Positions 10,130-17,282 of a stretch of DNA of 64,000 nucleotides are shown in pieces. Origin of the DNA: Candidatus Yonathbacteria bacterium RIFCSPLOWO2_01_FULL_43_27 (lineage in GTDB: Bacteria; Patescibacteriota; Minisyncoccia; Phycocordibacterales; UBA1550); contig MHUV01000003.1 of NCBI GenBank assembly GCA_001823545.1, forward strand, positions 86,398-150,397, in the 5' to 3' direction. How positions within the stretch are numbered: the stretch's first letter is position 1; every line of letters starts with the position of its first letter. Made by a program: the position numbers and the translations under genes. The notes below the pieces were generated by a model. It had not been told where the DNA came from and ran no database searches. It worked only from the letters and a program-made list of their open reading frames with translations.

Positions 10130-11374
10130 CTACAAAAACAGGAGATCGCGATCGAGGTCGTCGGCATCAGTCCCCTTTCCTTTGTGTTTGAGCGCTTGTT
10201 GCGTCGAAGCGAGATATACGACACGCTTGCCAAATTTGTCCTCGAGCGCATCAATCTGCTTGTACACCTGATCAAGCTTCTGTGCGGTACGTGTACCACC
10301 AAACAGGTCTTCCTGAAACGTGTAGTTCGTCATGAGGTCTTGTAGGACTACGCCTGCCGTACGATAGAGTATTTTTCGCATATGAAGATCATCAAAAAGT
10401 GGGCGCACCGCCGAAAGTACTATCTCTGGTGAATGTGAAGGCACCGCAAGCGTCACTGACCGTGCGATAATTTTTAAATTTTGCATCTTGAGAAAGATGG
10501 AAACTTTTTTAGGAACTTGTTCGTAGTACCGCGCCTTTTTGCACGCATCCTCGATGTGCTTGGAAAGTTGAGACCACAGAAAGACTTTGTCATTGGTCGG
10601 TGGATGAAAGGTGCGTGTTTTTTGAATTGACGAGTACGAAGTCTTTACTTCAGTATCAACGACAAGCACCGACTCACCACTCAGTTCCTGCCAAATAACA
10701 CTATAAGGTTTTGAGAGATTTTGATTCACCCACGCTTCCCCCTTCATACAAAAATCTTTTGCCGTAAAGACACCTCTCTGCACGAGGAACTCAGAAGTTT
10801 TCGGTCCAATTCCCCAGACCTTTTTAATCGGCGTCGAGGAAAGAAAGTCAGCAACAGTCTCCAGTGTGATTTCTGTTAATCCATTTGGTTTGACCCAATT
10901 CGACGCAACCTTGGCGAGAACTTTTGTTGGCGCAAGCCCTACGGACACTGAAATACCCAGTTCTTCATAAATTTCTTTTTTAATGCGTCGAGCAATTTCC
11001 TGATAACTCATTTTGAGCGTACGGTCGAGTCCCGTAAAATCTGCAAAACATTCATCGATACTGTACTCTTCAACACCATACGCATATCTATTCACAATTT
11101 TAAACATCATCTCTGAATAGTGCACATACGCCTTGTAGTCACCGGGCAATATGCGCACGTGGGGAAAATCTTGCTTCACTTTAAAAATCGGCATCCCACG
11201 TATGATACCGAGCGCCTTTGCCTCATACGATAATGCTGAAACAATACCACGCTCTTCACCCGTCACCACAGGAAGACCCTTAAGGGATGGGTCTTTTGCC
11301 ATTTCTACACCTACAAAAAACGCATCTCCGTCGATATGAAAAATAACTTTTGAGGGTATGGTGTGACTGCGCAT
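10130..11374 (-). CDS. dinB: Y-family DNA polymerase (DNA polymerase IV / DinB)
   Basis: HIDGDAFF, SYEAKALGI..GMP, catalytic YSIDE, SVGLAPTKVLAKVAS..KPNG, VWGIG. Confidence 0.93.
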   Translation of the reverse strand: MRSHTIPSKVIFHIDGDAFFVGVEMAKDPSLKGLPVVTGEERGIVSALSYEAKALGIIRGMPIFKVKQDFPHVRILPGDYKAYVHYSEMMFKIVNRYAYGVEEYSIDECFADFTGLDRTLKMSYQEIARRIKKEIYEELGISVSVGLAPTKVLAKVASNWVKPNGLTEITLETVADFLSSTPIKKVWGIGPKTSEFLVQRGVFTAKDFCMKGEAWVNQNLSKPYSVIWQELSGESVLVVDTEVKTSYSSIQKTRTFHPPTNDKVFLWSQLSKHIEDACKKARYYEQVPKKVSIFLKMQNLKIIARSVTLAVPSHSPEIVLSAVRPLFDDLHMRKILYRTAGVVLQDLMTNYTFQEDLFGGTRTAQKLDQVYKQIDALEDKFGKRVVYLASTQQALKHKGKGTDADDLDRDLLFL

Positions 11375-11390
11375 ACCCTCATTATATATT

Positions 11391-11427
11391 AAAAAAATAA
11401 CCCCCAGCCACTTGCGTGACCAGGGGT
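11391..11427 (-). terminator. Intrinsic terminator of the 61-aa ORF
   Basis: Minus strand reads CCCCTGGTCAC-GCAA-GTGGCTGGGG then GTTATTTTTTT. Confidence 0.7.
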
Positions 11428-11478
11428 GCTACATTGAGGTTTATTTTGCGAACAAAACATGGCCTCGGGCCGGTAGCG

Positions 11479-11664
11479 TTAGCCCTTCTTCGAAATGAAT
11501 CCATCCTTCAGGTCGCTCCATTGCTTGCGCGTGAGCTGAACCATTCCGCCGAAGTCATCCTTGAGGACGACTTTCTCGGGGTTCGTGAAGTCGACGGTGG
11601 GGCAACACGTCTCGTCGCCACACGCCAACGTAACGACACCCTCTTCCTTAAACTTCTCTGACAT
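11479..11664 (-). CDS. Small Cys-rich hypothetical protein (61 aa, DUF397-like pattern)
   Basis: SD AAAGGAGGTG before the ATG at 11664; own promoter and terminator; CGDETCCPTVDF..VVLKDDFGG.VQLTRKQW. Confidence 0.75.
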   Translation of the reverse strand: MSEKFKEEGVVTLACGDETCCPTVDFTNPEKVVLKDDFGGMVQLTRKQWSDLKDGFISKKG

Positions 11665-11726
11665 ACCAATCACCTCCTTTCTGTATAAAGATCTGAATTC
11701 AGATAATAAAACCTGAATCTACATAC

Positions 11727-11755
11727 ATTATATCATATGATACTTATTTTGTCAA
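11727..11755 (-). promoter_or_regulatory. Consensus sigma70 promoter TTGACA-N17-TATAAT
   Basis: Minus strand: TTGACA aaataagtatcatatga TATAAT. Confidence 0.85.
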
Positions 11756-11759
11756 ACAT

Positions 11760-12098
11760 CTATCTCATATAATCTAATGTATAAAGAGCCGACCAATCCT
11801 GACCTGGACCCAGAGGATGACCCGCTGGACGATCGAACAAGTAGAGATCGTCCCCTTTTTTAAGTACCTTTCTTCTACCGGTGAATACCGTGACGGTAAG
11901 GAACGGCGCTTCAGCTTCAGGAATCGAGACAACGTGTACGGGAGGACCATCCTCCTTTTTTCCATATAACACTCTGTCTCGTACATCAAAAAGATCGGTT
12001 CGTTGCACTGAAACCGTAAACCCGTGTTTCTTGAGGATTTGTACTACTTCGTCGAGTGTTTTCCTATTGAGGTTTAACTCCAGTGGCCGTAGACTCAT
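11760..12098 (-). CDS. Hypothetical protein (112 aa)
   Basis: SD AAGGAGGTG upstream of the ATG; candidate promoter TTGCCA-N17-TAGTGT at about 12139-12167. Confidence 0.65.
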   Translation of the reverse strand: MSLRPLELNLNRKTLDEVVQILKKHGFTVSVQRTDLFDVRDRVLYGKKEDGPPVHVVSIPEAEAPFLTVTVFTGRRKVLKKGDDLYLFDRPAGHPLGPGQDWSALYTLDYMR

Positions 12099-12228
12099 AC
12101 CAACACCTCCTTCATACCTAATTTGTATTCTAAGAATAACACTACCACCTCAAAAAACTCCTGGCAAGTACCCTTCTGCGCAAGAGAGTCGAAATTTATT
12201 TCAGAAATCACCTATGTATCTTCCGTCG

Positions 12229-12774
12229 TTATTCTTTCGATTTTTTGATCATGGGCACATTATTTCTAGTACATAATTTCTTAAGTATGGCGAGACCTCG
12301 ACATACCTGCACCGCAACAGCGTTCCTTGTTTGCCCGGTAATAAGCGATATTTCTTTAAGCGAGAGATCTTGAACATACCTCATGCGCACCACGTTTCCA
12401 TACTTTACGGGGAGATTTTTTATTAAGAGTAAAATTGCCTTACCATCAAACACATTAGAAATTCGTTCAGAATTATCAAAACTTGGCTCGTACCCTTTTT
12501 CAAGAAGACTATCGAGAGAGGTTGTTTTATGCTTACGATACTCGTCAATAATTCCTTGATTCAAAACATGGTATAAAAACGGCTTCATTAAATTAATCTT
12601 TCCGCCCTTAACAAGATACGCCCACGTTTTCAAAAAAGCATCCTGAACCAGATCCTGACTCTTTGCAGAGTCATGTGTTTTAAAGAATGCATAAGAAGTC
12701 ATGCGTTTTTCATTGTTATGATACGCCACCGTCAATACTTCTTCCTTCTTAATTTTTTGCTTAGAGGTCATCAT
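12229..12774 (-). CDS. ECF-type RNA polymerase sigma factor
   Basis: Region 2 SQDLVQDAFLKTW...FLYHVLNQGIIDEYRK; region 4 LP.KY..VVRMRYVQDLSLKEIS.ITGQTRNAVAVQVCRG. Start taken at MMTSKQ (the ORF track extends to 12837). Confidence 0.9.
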   Translation of the reverse strand: MMTSKQKIKKEEVLTVAYHNNEKRMTSYAFFKTHDSAKSQDLVQDAFLKTWAYLVKGGKINLMKPFLYHVLNQGIIDEYRKHKTTSLDSLLEKGYEPSFDNSERISNVFDGKAILLLIKNLPVKYGNVVRMRYVQDLSLKEISLITGQTRNAVAVQVCRGLAILKKLCTRNNVPMIKKSKE

Positions 12775-12817
12775 ATATAAAAAATATAAAAACATGCATG
12801 TTGGATCGACCACAAAC

Positions 12818-12843
12818 GCCCCTCCCATTACATACACATTACA
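12818..12843 (-). promoter_or_regulatory. Candidate ECF promoter (autoregulatory copy) TGTAATG-N15-GGGC
   Basis: Minus strand: TGTAATG tgtatgtaatgggag GGGC, about 44 nt upstream of the sigma ATG. Confidence 0.45.
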
Positions 12844-12998
12844 CAGAACTTTTCATGACAAGAGATGTCCTTATATATAGAGTAAATACTACTCTCGTTG
12901 AAACCTGCAGTGTTACAGGAATATTACAGAAATACGTCGTCAGTGACGAAACGCTAATAATATAAGCATAGTAAACCCTCTACTTCATGTCAAGCACT

Positions 12999-13024
12999 TG
13001 TAATGAGACTGCGTTCCCCTCGGC
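12999..13024 (+). promoter_or_regulatory. Candidate ECF promoter TGTAATG-N15-CGGC
   Basis: TGTAATG agactgcgttcccct CGGC, 11 nt before the PAS gene ATG at 13036. Confidence 0.55.
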
Positions 13025-13035
13025 ATTCAAGACAT

Positions 13036-13605
13036 ATGAAAAATGCTAAGAAAATCATAGAACAAACATCCTCCACAACCGATAAGAATTTCGTTGATTT
13101 TTTTTGGGAAAAGAGTTGGACATATACCAAGACTACCGTTGATGTCAAAAACGAACCGATTTTAGTTCTCGACGAAAACTTTCGTGTCGTGATGGCTAAC
13201 GAATCCTTTTATAAGGTATTTCAGGTTGTACCAAAAGATACTGAGCAAAAAAACATTTTTGAACTAGGAAATGGACAGTGGAATATTCCACTACTTCGAA
13301 AGAACCTCGAGAGTATCCTTCCTCATAACACTTTTTTCAAAGGGTTTGAAGTTACGCGCGAATTTCCCTTAATTGGGCACCGGACAATGATCTTGAATGC
13401 GCGTAAAATCTACATGAAAGAGGGTGTCACCTTACCACCTGTCATACTTCTTGTGATAGAAGATATTACCGAAATGGTGGACGTTGCGAAAATGCTTGCC
13501 CGCCATACCAAGCAATTTGAAGTAACAACAAAAGAGCGTATGAAAAAACTGGAAATCTATATCAAAAAACTAGAAAAAGAAGTGGGTGAGCTCAAAAAAG
13601 CTTAA
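13036..13605 (+). CDS. Stand-alone PAS-domain protein with C-terminal coiled coil
   Basis: EPILVLDENFRVVMANESFYKVF, IFELGNGQWNIPLLR..LE.ILP, GHRTMILNAR, ILLVIEDIT: the PAS type found at the C-terminus of CheB/CheR fusions. Confidence 0.85.
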   Translation: MKNAKKIIEQTSSTTDKNFVDFFWEKSWTYTKTTVDVKNEPILVLDENFRVVMANESFYKVFQVVPKDTEQKNIFELGNGQWNIPLLRKNLESILPHNTFFKGFEVTREFPLIGHRTMILNARKIYMKEGVTLPPVILLVIEDITEMVDVAKMLARHTKQFEVTTKERMKKLEIYIKKLEKEVGELKKA

Positions 13606-13639
13606 AAACTGCAGGAAAAAAGAGACTCAGAATTGCCAC

Positions 13640-13665
13640 TGTAATGAATTATTGCTCAGGACGGC
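13640..13665 (+). promoter_or_regulatory. Candidate ECF promoter TGTAATG-N15-CGGC
   Basis: TGTAATG aattattgctcagga CGGC upstream of the 13762 ORF. Confidence 0.55.
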
Positions 13666-13761
13666 TTCATGGTGAGAGATTACACGAACAATAAAAGGTC
13701 GATCATGTAAAGCACGTTATTAAATTTTTAATTATCAACCAATTTAATCTAAAAAAATTAT

Positions 13762-14460
13762 ATGAGAACATTAAAACTACAAAGAAACATGCAGCGCGCT
13801 GACATCCTCACAGGTGGGGCAATCATCGCGATGCTTGCTTTCTCGTTTTTCGGGATTCAAAGTGCATATGCAGCAATAACTAACCAATTGGATTTTGGTG
13901 ATCGCGGTGAAGACGTTACTGAACTTCAAACGTACTTTTCAACTACCCCCGTCATCTACCCAGAACGTCTTGTTACAGGATATTTTGGTCCGCTTACCCA
14001 AGCAGCAGTGCGAAGATACCAGACAGCACATGGAATTGTCTCTCAGGGAACACCTGTATCTACTGGCTATGGTCGTGTAGGGCCACGAACAATGGCATCC
14101 ATTAATGCACAATTAATAGGAAGGGACGAGAGCGCTCCTCTTATTTCAAGCATTAATGTTAGTACAGGAAGTACCAGCGCTTCAGTAGGCTGGATGACCA
14201 GCGAAGGGGCACGTGGTAAAGTCTACTATGACACTTCCCCTATTCGTGTAAGTAACATATTCGATGTAAACGGAGTATTCTCAGGTGAACCAACAGTAAG
14301 CGGTATTTTGGCTCAATATGATGGAGTTGAGAGATCAGCACAGGCAGTAAATATTACTGGCCTTTCACCAAATACAACATACTACTACTTGATTGTGGTG
14401 CTTGATTCCTCAAACAATGTAAGTGTATCGTTACCTGCATCGTTTCGTACGAATCAGTAA
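13762..14460 (+). CDS. Secreted protein: peptidoglycan-binding (PG_binding_1) domain plus fibronectin type III domain
   Basis: Signal peptide ending AYA; LDFGDRGEDVTELQ, TGYFGPLTQAAVRRYQ, GRVGPRT; FN3 ITGLSPNTTYYY. Confidence 0.85.
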   Translation: MRTLKLQRNMQRADILTGGAIIAMLAFSFFGIQSAYAAITNQLDFGDRGEDVTELQTYFSTTPVIYPERLVTGYFGPLTQAAVRRYQTAHGIVSQGTPVSTGYGRVGPRTMASINAQLIGRDESAPLISSINVSTGSTSASVGWMTSEGARGKVYYDTSPIRVSNIFDVNGVFSGEPTVSGILAQYDGVERSAQAVNITGLSPNTTYYYLIVVLDSSNNVSVSLPASFRTNQ

Positions 14461-14496
14461 CCATTCGTCAATGATGTAATGTTGGTAAATAGATAA

Positions 14497-14529
14497 AAAA
14501 AATCAGTGCCTATTAGGTACTGATTTTTT
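14497..14529. terminator. Bidirectional intrinsic terminator
   Basis: AAAAAATCAGTGCCT-att-AGGTACTGATTTTTT between convergent genes. Confidence 0.75.
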
Positions 14530-14581
14530 ATTATGAAAAAACGAGTACCTAAGGCACTTTCACAAATAATTTTAGAGAATA

Positions 14582-14980
14582 TTACCCAACAATCTGCGTG
14601 CAATAAGCACAACGCTTCGCTTCGAGAGGTATTTCACTTAAACATTCCTTACATTTCTTTGTGGTTGGATCTGCTGGCGGCCCTTTGCGAGATTTTGAAA
14701 TAAGCATATTCATTGGCTTTACCACAAAAAAGAACACGGCTCCCGCAATAAAAACAAACGATATGATGGCATTAATGAAATGACCATACTTAAACTGACT
14801 ACCGTTTAGGGTAAACGAGAGTCCACTAAAATCGGGGACTTTAGCAATGGCTGCGATAAACGGAGTAAGAAAATCAGTCACCAAGGCGGTAACAATTGAT
14901 CCAAACGCAGCACCCACGACAACACCGACTGCCAGATCAACCACGTTCCCTCGTAGTAAAAATTGCTTAAATTCTTTCAT
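14582..14980 (-). CDS. mscL: Large-conductance mechanosensitive channel MscL with C-terminal Zn ribbon
   Basis: MKEFKQFLLRGNVVDLAVGVVVGAAFG, YGHFINAIISF, FFVVKPMN; tail CKECLSEIPLEAKRCAYC. Confidence 0.95.
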   Translation of the reverse strand: MKEFKQFLLRGNVVDLAVGVVVGAAFGSIVTALVTDFLTPFIAAIAKVPDFSGLSFTLNGSQFKYGHFINAIISFVFIAGAVFFFVVKPMNMLISKSRKGPPADPTTKKCKECLSEIPLEAKRCAYCTQIVG

Positions 14981-15146
14981 AAATAGATAGGAGTAAATAA
15001 TAATTAAATTATAACACAAGGACACCTATCGACTACTCGTAAACACCGCTGATACTTCGTCACAGCAGAAACAAAACATTTATATGACCTGACCAGAGTT
15101 AATAAAGTTTTAAGCGACATTGAAACCTCTTTGATCAATGATCGTG

Positions 15147-15752
15147 CTAATTCAAGTTAAATACATGAGATTCTTCCGCCGGAGAATCCTCTGATAAAAG
15201 AAGCAAGTCGCAATTACCAAAATGAAACTGTGTGAGTACGGTCTCCCATTTCAAATTATAGTATTTTGAGTAGATCATTTTCCCAATATCCCCATGACAC
15301 ACAAGCAATACATTCCCCGAGGCGTGTTTATTATTTATTTTTTCTAGAAGTAATTCTGCCCTTTTCAAGAGATCAGGAAAAGTTTCAGCGCCATCGGGAT
15401 TTAGGAAATACGTAGTATGATCTGTTTTTATAATATTTGGAGCACACATGATTTCAATTTCAGAAACTTTCTTTCCTGTCATTACACCGAAATCACGCTC
15501 AATAAGTAGTTCTTCTTTTTGTAAAACTGATGCGTTGATTGTTCCAGATATTATTTTTGCAGTCTGGTATGCACGAGAAAGAGGCGAGCTATAGACAGCA
15601 TCGAAAATTAAATTAGCCTCATTAATTTTATTCGCAATCTCGTGTGCTTGAATAACTCCTTTTTCAGTAAGTGGCTCGTCTCGATGACCATTTAAAATAC
15701 CGTTTTGATTATCCAAATTTTGCCCATGTCGTGCGAGGTATATTTTTAACAT
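15147..15752 (-). CDS. Histidine phosphatase family protein (phosphoglycerate mutase-like)
   Basis: LARHG, YSSPLSRAYQTA, ERDFG, LVCHG. Confidence 0.9.
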   Translation of the reverse strand: MLKIYLARHGQNLDNQNGILNGHRDEPLTEKGVIQAHEIANKINEANLIFDAVYSSPLSRAYQTAKIISGTINASVLQKEELLIERDFGVMTGKKVSEIEIMCAPNIIKTDHTTYFLNPDGAETFPDLLKRAELLLEKINNKHASGNVLLVCHGDIGKMIYSKYYNLKWETVLTQFHFGNCDLLLLSEDSPAEESHVFNLN

Positions 15753-15772
15753 TTTTCTACTATATCAGTTTT

Positions 15773-15793
15773 ATGGGGAAAAGATACCTGACC
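15773..15793 (+). repeat. 21-bp direct repeat, copy 1 (ATGGGGAAAAGATACCTGACC)
   Basis: 20/21 identical to 17148-17168; the two copies flank the HI0933-family gene. Confidence 0.8.
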
Positions 15794-15826
15794 TTATCTC
15801 CCCAAGGGTCCCAATCGGGGAGAAAT

Positions 15827-17083
15827 TTACTCATCAATATGACTTCCCGCCACATAGCCTGAAGACCAGCAAAGCTGAAGAGAGAAACCCCCTGACGGCC
15901 TGTTAATGTGTAGTAAGTCTCCAGTTACATATAAATTGGAAATTTTCTTTGAGCGCATCGTCTTCATATCAATCTCCTCAAGCACCACTCCGCCATCTGC
16001 AACCACCGCCCTGTCAAGACCCATAAGACCGGTAATAGTGAGGGGAAGCGCTTTGAGTGCGTGGACAATATACTTCCGTTCATCCTTGCTTATAGAATGA
16101 ACTTTTTTTGTGGTATCTAAATTCTCTTCAAGGAGTGGTAATATCCCTTTACTCATACCTATCGGCACAAATTCCTTAACAATATTCTTAAGTGATTTGT
16201 TTTTATCTTTATCAAAAATTGCGATAATATCACGTTCAAGTTCACCAAGATTAGCGTGAGGGTACGTATCTATCGTTGCGGTGACTAACCCACGATGGAG
16301 CAAGTCAGCGACCTTGTGTGCGCTGTTTAATATAAGCGGACCCGAAAGGCCAAAATGGGTGAATAATATTTTCCCGGTCTCACAAAAAGCCTTCTTCCCC
16401 TCAATAAAGAAAGTAATTCTCATAGGTGAAAGCGCTACTCCGGTAAGCTTTTTGCTCCAGCTTTCTTTTACTGAAAGAGGAACGATTGTCGGGTTAGACT
16501 GAAGCACTGTGTGCCCCATATCCCTAAGCCATTTAAGACCATCTCCGGTTGACCCCGTCTCAGGGTGAGAAACACCTCCGGTTGCAAAAATATAGCTATT
16601 AGCACAGTACATGTCTTTACCTGAAGATACTCCAGTAATCCCTCCCTTATCCCAGTGGATTTGCGTGACAGGAGAAGCCGTCTTAATAGTTACCCCGCCA
16701 TCATACGCATATTTATTAAGTATCTTTAAAACATCCTCAGATTTTTCTGTACTTGGAAATGCGCGCTTTCGGTCTTCGACCTTGAGCGGAAGTCCTCTTG
16801 ATTCAAAAAAAGAGAAGGTCTCCTTCACTCCAAACTGAGAAAACAAAGAGTATAAAAACTGTTCGGCTTTGCCGTAAGCTTTAAGTAGTACTCGCTGGTC
16901 AAATTCGGCGTTTGTAATGTTGCAACGTCCACCGCCAGTGATCTTAAGTTTCTCTCCTAGAGACTTGTTCTTCTCAAGTAAGAGCACTCGTTTACCAAGC
17001 TCTCCGGCGCGCCCAGCAGCCATTAGACCAGAGGCGCCACCCCCAACGACAATAAGATCAAATTTTATTTTAGGAGACGACAT
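15827..17083 (-). CDS. HI0933/YhiN (BaiN-like) flavoprotein
   Basis: VVGGGASGLMAA, GEKLKITGGGRCNITN, ATGGVSHPETGSTGDG, LFTHFGLSGP, GGFSLQLCWSSG. Confidence 0.93.
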   Translation of the reverse strand: MSSPKIKFDLIVVGGGASGLMAAGRAGELGKRVLLLEKNKSLGEKLKITGGGRCNITNAEFDQRVLLKAYGKAEQFLYSLFSQFGVKETFSFFESRGLPLKVEDRKRAFPSTEKSEDVLKILNKYAYDGGVTIKTASPVTQIHWDKGGITGVSSGKDMYCANSYIFATGGVSHPETGSTGDGLKWLRDMGHTVLQSNPTIVPLSVKESWSKKLTGVALSPMRITFFIEGKKAFCETGKILFTHFGLSGPLILNSAHKVADLLHRGLVTATIDTYPHANLGELERDIIAIFDKDKNKSLKNIVKEFVPIGMSKGILPLLEENLDTTKKVHSISKDERKYIVHALKALPLTITGLMGLDRAVVADGGVVLEEIDMKTMRSKKISNLYVTGDLLHINRPSGGFSLQLCWSSGYVAGSHIDE

Positions 17084-17124
17084 CTAGAGAAGTGATTTAA
17101 ATACCAAATATGTTTTTCCCAAAA

Positions 17125-17148
17125 CTGGGAGACTGGGAATTGAACCCA
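17125..17148 (-). repeat. Displaced tRNA-Gln 3' fragment (att-like site)
   Basis: Minus strand TGGGTTCAATTCCCAGTCTCCCAG vs TAGGTTCGATTCCTAGTCTCCCAG in the tRNA; 21/24 identical. Confidence 0.8.
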
Positions 17149-17168
17149 TGGGGAAAAGGTACCTGACC
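17148..17168 (+). repeat. 21-bp direct repeat, copy 2 (ATGGGGAAAAGGTACCTGACC)
   Basis: 20/21 identical to 15773-15793; abuts the tRNA fragment. Confidence 0.8.
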
Positions 17169-17282
17169 GCTATTAATTTCAAAAATATATTCAACCCCCG
17201 CGTGACCTTTGTATTTATTAATGAGATTCATTTGACTATGATAGACTAAAACACTTTGTAATTTGGTGGCTGAACCGCCAAA

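Noticed and set aside
10130-11480. SOS mutagenesis cassette or LexA box at dinB
   Set aside because: No lexA, umuD or imuA neighbour and no recognisable SOS box.
14476-14501. Fourth TGTAATG occurrence
   Set aside because: No (C/G)GGC at the required spacing, and it runs into a terminator.
17125-17200. Second tRNA gene
   Set aside because: Only the T-arm and acceptor 3' strand are present; no D arm or anticodon arm.
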